54,543 bases of DNA from Priapulus caudatus (GCF_000485595.1 NW_014577082.1:252597-307139), one strand, 5' to 3'. Shown: positions 27,747 to 39,915, numbered from the stretch's first letter. Notes: a model not told the origin generated them from the letters alone. Numbers and translations are program-made.

Positions 27747-29970
27747 CTGGTGGTTGTGGTTGTGGTGGTGGTGGTGGCAGCAACGGCGATGGCAGCACTA
27801 TTAGCACATAGACACAACTGTAATGCGACCTTGCGTGTTTACGGCATTGGTGTTGCTACTGCAGAAGGATACCGTGGCAGTAGTGACAAGCATCACAACC
27901 TGCTCGTGTGCCTGCTGATGACCGCCTGTGACCTGTCCGACCAGACGAAAAGCTGGACGTCAACAAAGAAAATAGCCGTGAGTGTGTCGCAAATTTAACA
28001 CCGACCTCGCGCGTGCAATATATATATATATATATATAGTCACACATCCGTCTGCTGATAGCAGTTTTATATATCCATCTAATATAGATATATGAACGTA
28101 TGTATCAATCCCATGTAGATATATGGACATATATATCCAACCAATGTAGATATATAAACATATCCGTCCGATGCAGATGGTCGTATATATATATATATAT
28201 ATCCAATCAACTGCCAAGAACGTAAACCGCACAAGGTGCAAGCAAAATGAGTTCGCTACGCCCCCTGGTACGACAAATCGATGCGCGGCAGGTTTTGGCG
28301 ACCTCCCTCCTCCACATCGTCTCATGCACGGCCGATGCCTTTGCTCTCGCTCCAGGAGCAAATCTACCACGAGTTCTTCAGCCAGGGCGACCTCGAGAAA
28401 GCGATGGGGAACAAGCCGGTCGACATGATGGACCGTGAGAAGGCCTTCATTCCCGAACTGCAGATCAACTTTCTCGAGCACATCGCCCTCCCTTGCTATA
28501 GGTGAGTCGTGTGGCTTCGCGGAGTCTGTGTCGGCGTCTCCGCGTTGCAGCGCGTGCTGTCGAGGCACGTTGCATCTAGCGTGCAGGTGTTGCATTGTTG
28601 TGTGTGAGCGGAAGCAGATGTCAGTGAGTGAGTACCTGTGTTAACCACTTTACCTGTATTGCTCGCCTGTTTTCATCTGCACTAGCCTGTATTAGCTCAC
28701 CTGTATTTACATGCTCACCTGTATTAACTCACCTGTATTTACATGCTCACCTGTATTAACTCACCTGTAGTAACGTGCTCACCTGTACTTACATGCTCAC
28801 CTGTATTAACTCACCTGTAGTAACGTGCTCACCTGTATTAGCTCACCGGTATTAACTCACCTGTAGTAATGTGCTCACCTGTACTTACATGCTCACCTGT
28901 ATTAGCTCACCTGTACTTACATGCTCACCTGTTTTTAACTCACCTGGTAGTAACATTGTCACCTGTAGTTAACATGCTCACCTGTATTAACTCACCGTAG
29001 ACATGCTCACTGTACTTACATTGGTCACCTGTCGTACACGTGCTCACCTGCTGAGCTTAACGTGCCCACCGGGTGTGTAACTGTGCTCACCTGTATTTAC
29101 GTGCTCTACCTGTAGATCATTAACGTGCTCTCAACCATGTAGTAACTGCACTCACCTGTACTTTACATGCTCACCTGCTGTATTAGCTCACCTTGTAGAT
29201 GTAACCGTGCCCTCACCCTGTAGTGACGTGCCTTCACCTGTATTAACATGCTCAACCGCTTAATTTACATGCTACCTGTATTTACATGCCTCACCTGATT
29301 TACATGCTCACCTGTTATTGTAAAATGCTCCCNNNNNNNNNNNNNNNNNNNNNNNNNNNNNNNNNNNNNNNNNNNNNNNNNNNNNNNNNNNNNNNNNNNN
29401 NNNNNNNNNNNNNNNNNNNNNNNNNNNNNNNNNNNNNNNNNNNNNNNNNNNNNNNNNNNNNNNNNNNNNNNNNNNNNNNNNNNNNNNNNNNNNNNNNNNN
29501 NNNNNNNNNNNNNNNNNNNNNNNNNNNNNNNNNNNNNNNNNNNNNNNNNNNNNNNNNNNNNNNNNNNNNNNNNNNNNNNNNNNNNNNNNNNNNNNNNNNN
29601 NNNNNNNNNNNNNNNNNNNNNNNNNNNNNNNNNNNNNNNNNNNNNNNNNNNNNNNNNNNNNNNNNNNNNNNNNNNNNNNNNNNNNNNNNNNNNNNNNNNN
29701 NNNNNNNNNNNNNNNNNNNNNNNNNNNNNNNNNNNNNNNNNNNNNNNNNNNNNNNNNNNNNNNNNNAAGCTCTTCCCGCGCTCGGCGGAGGTCGAGCGGC
29801 AGGTGAGGCAGCACAAGCGCACGTGGCAGTACGTCGGTGAGCTGTACGCCACGCGGCGGCGCGACGATACGACGGCGCACTCGCTCGACATCTTCGACGA
29901 CGAGGACCTCGACCGCGACGTTCTCGACAAGCTGTCGACGAACGCGCTCGACGGCGCCAGCGCCCCCTAG
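2809..29970 (+). CDS. PDE2A: cGMP-dependent 3',5'-cyclic phosphodiesterase (PDE2 family), spliced, 5'-partial
   Basis: GT-AG exons with consistent phases: 2809-2930 ([37 protein letters not shown]), 3283-3322 ([13 protein letters not shown]), 8592-8655 ([21 protein letters not shown]), 9880-9979 ([20 protein letters not shown]), 12377-12551 ([29 protein letters not shown]), 13100-13212 ([30 protein letters not shown] motif), [S..MMYHMK exon present only inverted at 15661-15752], 22251-22373, ~23753-23822 (1-nt frameshift, garbled acceptor), 24962-25084 ([17 protein letters not shown]), 26169-26247 ([14 protein letters not shown], class I PDE signature), 26527-26658 ([16 protein letters not shown]), 27292-27391 (DIILATD), 27865-27977 ([12 protein letters not shown]), 28356-28501 ([18 protein letters not shown]), 29767-29970 (5' end lost in gap; stop TAG). 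Colinear with human PDE2A as recalled. Confidence 0.95.
4711..5192 (+). mobile_element. Helentron-associated (HINE/DINE-1-like) non-autonomous element
   Basis: Starts ttttttagctcatctgac..gtcagatg.agct (sub-terminal inverted repeat), then a (GTCC/GTGC)n microsatellite and internal ~33-bp tandem repeats. Ends gggcctct..ttt in a T-rich site. Confidence 0.55.
6480..7019. repeat. Compound (CA/CG/CT) minisatellite, related tract at ~13330-13640
   Basis: Repeated acgcacgctcgcgctcactcacggacac units. Confidence 0.85.
7020..7710 (+). CDS. Putative cryptic/alternative PDE2 exon (repetitive Gly/Ser/acidic disordered segment)
   Basis: Stop-free frame 7020-7724. In-frame 156-nt and 21-nt repeats differ mostly at synonymous sites. 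Phase-1 donor G|GTATGC at 7710/7711 matches the phase-1 acceptor at 8592. 5' end not resolved. Confidence 0.45.
9421..9603. mobile_element. Tc1/mariner (Tc2-like) MITE
   Basis: TA|CCGTATATACTCGCGTA ... TACGCGATCATATACGG|TA: TIRs with TA duplication. A noisy inverted copy lies at ~18920-19118. Confidence 0.65.
10819..10871 (+). CDS. PDE2A: PDE2 GAF-A exon lying out of order inside a GAF-B intron
   Basis: tttcAG|cg gag ctc tac gat cag gat gca agg aag tta cag ctc aag ctc gtc gga tac|GTAAGT encodes [17 protein letters not shown], compared with recalled PDE2A GELYDLDASSLQLKVLQY. Strong splice sites. Confidence 0.8.
11280..11620. repeat. (ACGC)n/(AC)n microsatellite
   Basis: Direct inspection. 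Confidence 0.9.
11815..12367. repeat. (CAG/CAA/TAG)n trinucleotide tract
   Basis: Direct inspection; abuts the PDE2 exon at 12377. Confidence 0.9.
12560..12900. repeat. (CTG/GTG)n trinucleotide tract
   Basis: Direct inspection; follows the PDE2 exon ending at 12551. Confidence 0.9.
15265..15590. repeat. ~60-bp tandem repeat; its reverse complement resumes at 21476-21545
   Basis: Units of cccccaccccggtgacggtcaagccgtaaaaacaatgtccccta. Confidence 0.75.
15661..15752 (-). CDS. PDE2A: PDE2 exon (S..AQHRS..MMYHMK), only copy in window, inverted and insertion-damaged
   Basis: On -: tcttcAG|tcg...gcgcagcatcgcagc...ctgatgatgtaccacatgaag|GT. Corresponds to recalled [26 protein letters not shown]; 92 nt against the 78 nt expected. 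Confidence 0.75.
22780..23625. repeat. ~80-bp tandem repeat, about 10 noisy copies
   Basis: gcatcaggaatacaacagaatggggaatagtggagggaaattgtggagagagagtctgtagaatttgagagtatatgtggata. Confidence 0.85.
23825..24545. repeat. ~38-bp tandem repeat
   Basis: gtgacgcgatcacgctcgcagcatcacctcccctcgtac units. Confidence 0.85.
28650..29332. repeat. 14/18-bp minisatellite running into the N-gap 29333-29766
   Basis: ctcacctgtattaa / catgctcacctgta units. Confidence 0.85.
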
Positions 29971-30147
29971 CGGGCATCGTGTGATTGCAAACTCGCCGGG
30001 AGCCGCGCAATGGCGAACGTCAGCGTGGCGACGACGACCCAGACGACTGTTCTGTCGCCACCGCTTGCTGCAGGCGCCCCCTGGTTGACGTTGAGCGCTG
30101 CGGGCGCCCCCTGGCAGACGTCGCACGCCATCAGCGCCCCCTGGCAG
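29960..30147 (-). promoter_or_regulatory. Cluster of four CTCF-like motifs / 30-bp repeat at the PDE2 3' end
   Basis: GCGCCCCCT(A/G)G at 29960, 30074, 30104 and 30134. Single strong matches also at 25879-25892 and 43705-43718. Confidence 0.3.
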
Positions 30148-31139
30148 TAGTCATGACACGAACACACCGCGATTTCCGTGACGGAGCCGGATGGCGAATG
30201 CGCACCCAGCACCCCCACACCAGCGACGCCACATCACGGTTTATTGGACCTACGTTGCGTTGTAATCGGTTCACGTTTTCGCTCAGGCATTCGGTGTTTA
30301 TTTATCGTGCGTCGGCTGCATGCGATCGCACGAGCGACGCAGGTGTGTGGACGGACGTGCACGGCTCGCGCTGCATGGGAAACACGCTACGCCGTGCATC
30401 ATAGTCGGCACTGCACGCAATTGGAGCGACAGTGTTGGGGAGAGGGAGGGATGTGTGTTGGTTAGGAAACACCATTAAGAGAGATGACAAAAGAATAGGG
30501 AAATTCCACATGTAGTGTACCAAATTCTGCATTTTCGGTGTGTAGTAGTCGCTGCACCCCCGCCACCCCCCTGCAGCAGTATAGGGCCTGTTTCAGAGAT
30601 CAGTGTGGTGTTCGTGTTGCGCAGAACTGATGGAAGTAATATATAGCTGTTAGCTATAACTATTAGGTATTATTAGCTCTTGGTAATGTCTATGTTAGCA
30701 GATGGCTTAGCAGTAAGCTTGGGCAAAGCAGAGAGTAAGCTTGTCGCTACGAGAATGGTGGTGAGCTTCCCACCGTGCAGAGCTGTGAAGCATGAAGCCT
30801 CGTGATCGTTTGCTGCCCTTCAGACTTGAGTCTGATTAAGATGGTAATATTTCATCAAGCTCCCTGGGTAATGATTAACGTGGCTGTCAAATTGAATTAT
30901 TAAAGCGTCTTTATTTAATCCTTGCACTATATGGCGAGTAAAACCCCTTTAGTAATATAAATTGTGTTTTAAGTGCTAGACTGCTTAAATCAAATACTTC
31001 TCATCCTACGGTAATATTCCAACATAACGTCAGATCTAACGGACCGTATAAAATGTTAGGCGCATACTGCATTGTAAATTTTAGGAAAGCCCCATGTCTG
31101 AACTAGCAGCAGCTCTTAAAGCAGCACTGAAATATGAAG

Positions 31140-31775
31140 ACCCTCTCTCTCTCTTTCTCTCTCGCTCTCTCTCTCTTCCTCCCCCTGTCCCTGTCCCTTT
31201 CTTCATGTCTCTCTCTCTCTCTCGTCTCAACGTCTTTTCATGCTCTCGCTCATCTCAATCTCCTCTTTCTCACGCCCCTCTGCCTCTCGCTTCTCCTTCT
31301 CCTTCTTCTCGCCTTTCCCTCTCCCCTGCCTCCTTGCCTCCTCTCTTCATTTCTTTTCTCTGTCGCTCTGCGTGCTCTGTACCTCCCCTATTCCTCTCTC
31401 TCTCCCTCTCCCTCTGCCTCCTCGTCTTCTCCCTAGCACTCTCTCAGCTCTCTCGTCTCCTTCTCCAAATCTTTGTTTAATTATCTTTTCTCATCTCTCG
31501 ACTCTCTCATCCTTATCCCTACTCGCCTCTCGCCTCTCCCCCTTCCTGCCCCTCTTTCATCTCTCGGCTCTCCTCTCTTCGTCTTTTCCTCTCTCTCTCT
31601 CCTCTCCTCCTCTCTCTCTTCTCCTTCTTCTCTCTCTCGTTTCTGGCGCTCTCAATTCATCTCATGCCTTCTCTCTCTCTCGATCTCTGCGCTCGCTCCC
31701 TCGTCTATTCTCTACCTGCTCTCTCTCCTCTTTCTCGTCTCATGCTATTATCTCTCTTCTGTCTCTCCCTCTCTT
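31140..31775. repeat. Degenerate (CT)n polypyrimidine tract
   Basis: Direct inspection. Confidence 0.85.
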
Positions 31776-32440
31776 CAGATCCACACGGACAAATACCTGG
31801 ATCAGCACTCTATAGTGCTAGCTTGTCGGTGTGCGCTTGTTTCAGCTGATTGTGTTAATGTGTTTGAGGCGCAAATTAGCTTTGAAATTTTTTCCCTCTC
31901 ATTTGAAGCCATTTCCGTGCGAGAAACGAGAGAAACAGCGCGACGCATTCAGCAAAAACTTTCAGCTAAGCGAAGCAACGCTCTGTTTCATCATCAGCGG
32001 CGAGTGTCGAAGTGCTGCTAGCCAAACGAACTTAATTTAAACTAGAAGCATCGACTTTACGTGACGACAACGTCGTTTCGCAATGGCGGCACGACGGCTC
32101 GTGATACAGATCCACGGTGAAACGTTGCGGAATCGTCTGCTAGTGAGAGCGTCGCTCGTGTTACATTTGCCTCGTCGTTCACGCCGCTGCTGTCGCTGCC
32201 GCTGCTGCTGCTGCTCCGAAGGTTGCAGTCGGTAACGGCTAGTCTGCTGTGTTCATTCCAATATGCTCGCAATCTCGCCTGCTTTGACAGCGTGGGTGTT
32301 GTCTGCACGTCATGTGACCGGCTCGTGACTTTAGCTTGCTGACTCTGCCAGTTGACGGCTGTTCCCTTTAACGTTTGCACCCCCGCATGGTATTATGCGA
32401 GGGCTGTTCCCTTTAACGTTTGCACCCCCGNNNNNNNNNN

Positions 32441-32653
32441 AGAAGTAAACGAATCGTAGAGAATTTTTCTTTCGTGAAAAATGGAAACTGCTTGCGATGC
32501 TTTTACACTCTAGTGCCCCCAGTTGCTCTATAAACCTCTATTGGTTTTATTGTTACATCGCCTTACTTTCATATTAATTTCATAAGTCCACGACTAGCGT
32601 ACTTGTACGGTCGCTCTTTGTTGTTACGCGCTTCCTTTTCCAGGGTCATGGTC
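32441..32653 (+). repeat. Direct duplicate of the window end (54335-54543)
   Basis: Near-identical ~210 bp that starts immediately after the N-gap 32431-32440. Confidence 0.9.
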
Positions 32654-34763
32654 GTAGTGTTAACGTTGTCATCCGTCAGTGTTATTATCGCTTCAAATAA
32701 TATTTCAATACTACCGTGTCGTTGTCGCTGAATATACGCTTGCTGCACAAGGAAGTGTAGATAATACCATAGGCGCAGGGAAGGTTAATGCTAATAGCGC
32801 AAGCCATTTGTACGCTAGCGCGGATGGCGATTTCGCGCCACTATATTGTACCTCATATAGCGGCCTTGTTTTACTCTCATATAGTGGTCCCGCCGCCGTG
32901 GTCGTCTAGTTACGCGGCGGCGTCACTTCATTGCATTAGTCCGTGAATTACAATACATGTATAACAAACTCGCCGCGTATCGCATTAACATTCCTATTTG
33001 CGTTTGTCTCTGCATGGTGTAGAATCTATATTTGTACACCATATCAAGGAGTAAATGTTTTTTATGCTCTTGTGAATATATATATATATATATATATATT
33101 GCTGTTGTGCTGAGGCCTCGTACACAACACAACACACTGCGCTCAGCTCTGACCATTAGTAACTCGTGTATAGGTTGATTTCGGAGATTGGGCGTTTCAT
33201 CTAAGTAAGATATTGGAATGGCTTTTGTACGAAAAACTACTGCTGAATACGTTCTGTTTTCAATGCATAGATTGTCAATTATTATAAAAATTATTGTATA
33301 AATAGTCAATTAACTGTTGTTGAGTACGTCTTCTTCTACGTTATACATTCTATTTTAACAACTGCTTATGTGTGAAATAATACTGTAAAAAATATACTGT
33401 AAATGTATACTATTTTGAACTTCAACCTTTCGTTAACTGTTGATCGTGAGCCATGTATGCTCTGTTGGTAGATGTACTCTGCATTGGCTTCTCACATCCC
33501 GCAAGTATCACACAGGAGCAGCGGTAGGTATGCAAATGTTCCCTGGCTGGGAGCTGTGTTCATGTTGGTCGGGTTAGGTCAACTTGGTATTTTCTGCTTG
33601 AGAAACTTCCACACAATGTCCTAGACAAATATCGGAAATCTCTGTGACCATCATCCTCCATTTTCGCATTACATGAGGGTTTCTTACAATACAGAGGTCA
33701 ATAGGTGTAGTTCCATATAAGCACGCAATCTCTGCTATAGGTATCCTATAACCTTCTTATATAATGTGTTATTTCATGTATAGACTCTGCCACTCCCATT
33801 ATGGGAGGAAGGCACTGTGGTAACATGGCGATGCTGCCTGGTTTATCACAATGATTGGCAGGAGTCGCACACGCACTAACGGGCTCGATCGCCACGTCAC
33901 GTGTCTTCACAATTTCACCACACCACAATAACAAATTCGTCAACGAGGATTTATATCAAACACTATAAGGTTTATTTAATGTCCATGAAGTAGTGTAGCC
34001 CAGCAATATACTTTCCAACACTTACAACGAAAATTGCCAAACACAACAAAAGAATTATCACGAAACTCCTGGTGATGTCTAAATGGTAATCAAATTTAAC
34101 ATCGACAGTAATAATTACAGCAAATTTCGTGCCTGTAAGCTTGGGTAACTTTCCTGAAATTCCTAGCTGTTATAACCACACGATTCAGCAAAAATGGCAT
34201 AGCATTAGCCCTTACAGCTGTTCTAGCATTAGTTATACATATAAGCACGTTAGTCTAAAGCCTTTTATGTTGGTTAGAATGACATCATGTTGCAAATAAG
34301 TACACACATGCACAAACCTGTTCATAGTCGGCAGTAAGAAATAGTCCAATTTGCATAGTCAACTAATTTTAAATGCTCTTAAATTCCTATATTTTTAAAG
34401 AAAACTATTACTAGAAGATAATGTCAAATTGGTTCATTAAATATATATAGTGGACGGAATACTTCTGTAATTAACAAGAAATTTACATAAATATACATAA
34501 GTGAATCTATAGGTATACAGTTGGAAATCATCCATCCGAGCATCCTATGTATTCAATAACAAACTACATATATATATATATATATATAAATCATGAAAAC
34601 TTTAAATAGTTTTGATCAGAGAAGCAAAAAATTCATCATTTACATTTTGCACGTGGGCCACAACACACATTTATGCGAGTATTTCGAATCAGCGACTTCA
34701 TACCATAGGTTACAGTACCTCTCTCAATTGTCTCTGAAGCACAATAGCTTCACAAGTATATCA

Positions 34764-35075
34764 GGCCACAATTAAAAAAAACTTTGTTTGCCCTCACCCG
34801 ACCCAGGCTGAAAAGTTTGGGTAGGTAGGTAGGCTTTTTTAAGGTCTTTTTACAAATTCGGCATGGTGTCTACATGCTCGGGTGTGGTTCTGTGGAGATA
34901 CCTTTTATGTTGAATGATTGTTTTGCTTGGTACATATAATGTATTGCCTACAGATTTATATAATGCAGTGATACAATTTGTTTTTTAAAAAAAAGATCAA
35001 TAAAATATTTTGAGTCGGCCCCTTTTTGGTGGGTCGGTCGGGTGAGGGTAAACAAACAATATTTATATTATGGCC
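34764..35075. mobile_element. PIF/Harbinger-like MITE
   Basis: TCA|GGCCAC..ttgtttgccctcacccgacc ... ggtcgggtgagggtaaacaa..ATGGCC|TCA: TIRs with a 3-bp TSD. Confidence 0.65.
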
Positions 35076-35886
35076 TCATCGAAGACTGATTTGCAAACAC
35101 TGGTAAAAATATTCAATAGAGAATTCAATTCATTACCCGAAATACGCCTCATCAGAACTTTGAAGCTAACATCATCACAAACTCACAAACCATCGACTTA
35201 GGTTCTTTCCGAACGTTCCTTGGTTGTTCTCCTCGAAAACCTAGCCCGATACACACGACTTCTGACACGATCGCCTGAAGCTAAGCTCGACACACAGCAC
35301 AGCAGATTGCATCACGAACCGCAACCGACACCGCGGAACAGCAGCCGACTCGCGAGCACACGCCCGCCTGCTGGAATTTCGCCGCCGTCAGAATTTCCAG
35401 CTGTCGGAAGCCAAGCACCGTGCGGTAAATTTTTCCCGCGACGACTTGTGATGCCGAGCCAGTAGCCCACGCGGGAGGCGGTTCGATCTTGAATTCGTCG
35501 CGCGGTGCAGCACATGGGAGGTGGTTCGATCACGATCCCGATCACGTTCCTGATCATGATCCCGATCACGATCATCCTGATCACGATCACGTTCCCAATC
35601 ACATTCTTGATATATTAGATAATATTTGTGTCAATAATAATAAAATCAATTTCCTGTAAATGGCGTCCAAATGCTCATCTGCAAACACACGCTGGCCGAC
35701 GCACGCTAGCTGCTGCACACTGACATATAAATATAATAAAATAATAATATAAACGTTTATGTGTAGATGTAGTGTGAGCGTGTGTTATTGCGCTGTATGA
35801 GATCGAACCAACTGCGAGTGAACACGGCCACGTGTCGTGATCATAATCGCCACACATCAGCTGCACGCGTGACACTCGCTGGCGAA

Positions 35887-35929
<43 letters not shown>

Positions 35930-38615
35930 AGAATATTATCTACTTCTGATATATATAATATATACGCATATATAGGTTTGAGCGTTTTAATGGATGTTCA
36001 CGCGTGACGCTTGCGTGCGCGTGTGTGTGTATATGCGTGCGTGCGTGCGTGCGTGTGTGTGTGTGCACCCGGGGTGCCTCTCTAACGGTTATCTCTGTAA
36101 CGGGGTGCCTCTATAAACGGTTAATATATCTGCGTATATGAAGCTGTTGGTACAGTGGTGGGTTGCCTACCGATGACGAACACCGTGTATATAATAGTAA
36201 TGTGACCTGTTACATACTTATCGGCACCTGGTGTCAAAATTCAAGTTGACAATTATTTAACACGACGAAGCAATTTAATTGGGCGCAGCGTAAGATTGTC
36301 CTGCTATGTGCGCACTGTGGGATGTTCAATACGACACGGCCGCTTCTGTCACGCAGTGTAGTGGCGTTCGAATCCCGTGCTATGACTAATGCCCGAAGCA
36401 ATTGAGTATTTGAACCCCGTTGTCAGAAACATTGATGTTCATCGCGAGTCCAAAATGTTTGAACAACGCTTCGCGTGTAAAGGTTGTGACAGATTACGGC
36501 TTTGTGATGTCATAACTATTGATAATGTTTCCCGACAACGGACCCGCTGGAAAGTGAACGCACCGTCATTCTAACGAACTGCTCATAATTAGTGACACTT
36601 ATAGTGGCTCAGAACGTGCTGTCTGCATTGCGTTCGCGTTTCAAGAGGCTGCGAGCGCGCTCACCTACTGCACGCCCGTATTGATTCCTATATAAATATA
36701 TATATATAGCCCCCTGTTGTTTTACATCGATGATAGGTAACTTCAGTTCAAACTGTATATGTGTGTATGTGTGTGTGGTGTATATACTTTGACGCGTCGT
36801 GGCGTGGACTTGGCAGCGTATAATGCGTGAACGACGGGTTCTTCGTCACGTACGGAAACAGCGCGGCTGCTGCCGTTTTAGCGCCGTGTTGCTCGTATTG
36901 TTGCGAATGCGACGTCCCGAGAGATACGCGACGATCAGATTGCATTTTCTCGTCGGTTCTGCTCTGCGAATTAAAATGACATTGTAGAAATGACTCTTTC
37001 TTACGCGCACTGTCGCCATCGTAGATATTTGCTCCATATGTCCGCTAGAATTCTATTTTTCCATTAAGTTTACACGGACGTGTGCGTTACTGAACTATAC
37101 GGCAGTATTTTTGCACGTGTGGTATACGGTTTAGCCTCGCTGGTTGCGGTGCGGCTGTGCACTGTTGTTGTTTACCTGTTGATTAGCCATCGCCCTGACA
37201 TCGTGTCACTGTGTCCTCAGTATTTATCGCGTGTCTACCGGCGCGGCGGGGCGGGGGGGGGGTCGAGTTAATCCGCTGTTTCTGTTCGTGCGCCATGATA
37301 TATGTTATTGTTGCGGAGCGATCACAGCTCAATAGTTTACCGTTGCCATGGTGTCGCGATGACGTTTCGCTGTGGTCCGGGCGTGCGCCGTTACGATTGT
37401 CTGACCCGCGCCGAGTCGCAGTGATAAGTATATAGTATTACTTTAGCCGGGATTACACTGCCGCGGCGTATCCGATTGAATAAAGTGTGACGTCACTGCA
37501 ATGATTGACTGTCGCTATGACGATCACTCCACCATACCTCATTGGTTCCTTATCTTAACCCTACAGTGAGCCATCATCGTAACTAAATGCATTATGGGAA
37601 ATGTTTTGCCTCCTTAAATATTTTATTTCTACAAGTTGCTAAGCATGAACTTAAAGCGCACGAGGGAAATTATTGTATTTATTTTTGAGCTCGAGCGGAT
37701 TTTGTATCGGTTCTGTGTTAAGCGTATGAATTCAACATGTATTGTTCTGGGAGAAAAGTGCTCTAATATTTTGTGCCTGCCAATACATTACTTGTGGGAG
37801 TTTTGTATACCTTTTTTTTAATTTCTGTGCTTGTATATTTAACTTAAAGTCAGTGGCTGACGTGATTAGTGAGCATAGCGATTTGCGGTAACTTAAGAGT
37901 AAATCACTTTTACTTGTATACTATGTAAATTTTGTAGGTGGGGTCTGTCTGCTTTGAAATCTTGTGGTTATTTTTCTGAATGTATTAATTCTCGGCGATT
38001 TATAGGGTGAAACTTTAAATAATACTCGATTCACATACACTCACTGTTGAGATGGCCGAGCATGTGAAATCTAAAATCAGCGCCGGGATTAGCTTACTAT
38101 GAACTTATTTCACTGTTTGAAGGAAGGCATGCGGAAGGTCAGTTACGGGGAGAGTAAACTAACACTAGTAGTAGTAGTACTAACTTCACTCTGCTATTTC
38201 TCTGCGACTGGGACGTATATTCGCGATACTGGTATTCCGGTATTCGTAAGATAACTGGCGAAACCAATATACTGCGATAATGATGCGTCTGTAAATGCAT
38301 CCACGCGTATAGCTTTCACGCTACGCGTTTTACTTGCACGGTGGTTGGGTTAGGGGTATAGTCAGAAATGTTCACCTTCGTTTGAGCTGTCGCGTATATG
38401 CTATCGCGGTATGACGTCGGGGAACGTGAGATTCGGTTTACTGTGTAGATGTAATCTATATTTGAACACAGCTTCCCCTTCATGTTAGTACTATATGGCT
38501 AATGATCACCGTGATTCGGTTATAAGAACCACATCCGTGTGTGCGCTTGCAATTTTACCGATGATATAAATACACAGTATATATATATATGGGTGTCCCG
38601 TGACTGTACGGTGAC

Positions 38616-39915
38616 CTCCTGTGCTGCTATCTGGCGGCAGTGACGTCGCGCCACTATGAAGATTTCTGCGTACAGCGCCACCATGATGGCCGCGGGAACG
38701 ACGAAGAGCGCCACGTCCCAGACGAACATGAAGCTGTCGCTGAACACCAGCAGCAGCAGACACTCGCCCGTGCCGCCGCCACCGTTCCAGCCCGCGTACG
38801 GAAGACTGTAAGATGTATAATCCTATCGATTAAGTTATCCAGAGAGACCGGGTACAAGATGGCGTTGCGCAAAAGATGCCAGGGGTATGTTCGCTATTCA
38901 ATGGCTGCTCGAATAAAAGTTGCTAAGCACAACGTGTTGATTTAATTGCGTTGATCGAATTAATACGAGCCAAACATGTTCCAGACGGCGTACGGAAGAC
39001 TGTAGGCATTACAGTAGGAAATCAGTTTCATATTGGTGGTCAAGAAATTCCCGTAGATCAGAGATAAATTCCAGAGTAAATTGGAATACCACCCGCCGAC
39101 GATACATGGCAAAACGCTACATTACAAATATTTTGCTAACTCGAATGTTTTTCCTTAGGTTTTTTGTAAGCGCGATTTTAGCGCAACGCGCGTAAAACGG
39201 GCAATATTTAAAACGCGTTGTTACACTGAAACATACGCTTCGCGTACCCGTCACCCCCGGCAAATGCAGCAAGAAGTATTATTAGTTAAGTTAATTAGAA
39301 TAATGTACAGTCACCTTCATTAGAGAGATAAAAAGAACATGGTGTTTGTACACATCCGAAAAAAATCTCAGTATTTCACCGCACCCAGCGCCGAGTGGCT
39401 GATGTGGAAGTGCAATACCTGTAGATCACGGCGCAGACGATCCAAGCCGCCGCCAGGAGTCGCCTCGCTACGGCTGCGTTCATCAGCGCCGGATATCGCA
39501 GCGGATGCACGATCAGCAGGTACTGGTTGGCCGTCACGAGCAGCATGCTCAGGCTGGACATGCGCAGCGAGAACTCGACGAGCACGAACACGGTGAGGCA
39601 GGCGTAGTAAGACAGCGCCTCGGCGACGAATATGCTCACGAAGTTGTACGCCATCGTCACGCCCGTGATCAGATCGATCGCCGCCAGGTTACCGATGAAC
39701 AGGAAGCGGATGTCGCGAAAGGCGCTGTTCGTTGCTATGGCGACGAGCACGACGCCGTTAGATAGGATGATGAGCGTCGTGACGACGCCCGTGAAGACGA
39801 TCTCGACGATGCGAGCTTCGTACGGATGCTGAACGCTGACATGGCCGTCACCGGTCACGTTCAGCCAGGTCTGGTTCACATCGTAGCCGCCGTCCGTTGT
39901 GTTGGCATCGTCCAT
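38616..39915 (-). CDS. Orphan class A (rhodopsin-like) GPCR, TM1-TM5 exons
   Basis: Exon 39915-39419: MDDANTT.. with N-glycosylation sequons, TM1 ILSNGVVL, TM2 NLAAIDL, TM3 end NQYLLIVHPLRY, TM4 AW. Joined in phase 2 to exon 38805-~38616: LPYAGWN..C..TM5 FVVPAAIMVALYAEIFIVARRH. The LP-x-x-GWN motif resembles melanocortin/adenosine/GPR119-type receptors. Donor at 38616 is uncertain. Confidence 0.88.

Noticed and set aside
29265..30126. ORFs spanning poly-X
   Set aside because: Artefacts of the N-gap 29333-29766.
33430..33950. Possible decayed transposase remnant on - (YRC-LCDT-like stretch)
   Set aside because: Needs assumed frameshifts; the similarity to Transib/RAG1 is too weak without a profile search.
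36355..36390. B-box-like GTTCGAATCCC suggesting a tRNA or SINE
   Set aside because: No cloverleaf or properly spaced A-box.
36748..36964. Possible GPCR ICL3 exon on - after a good acceptor (SRTDEKMQSDRR..)
   Set aside because: No convincing phase-0 donor and no recognisable homology.
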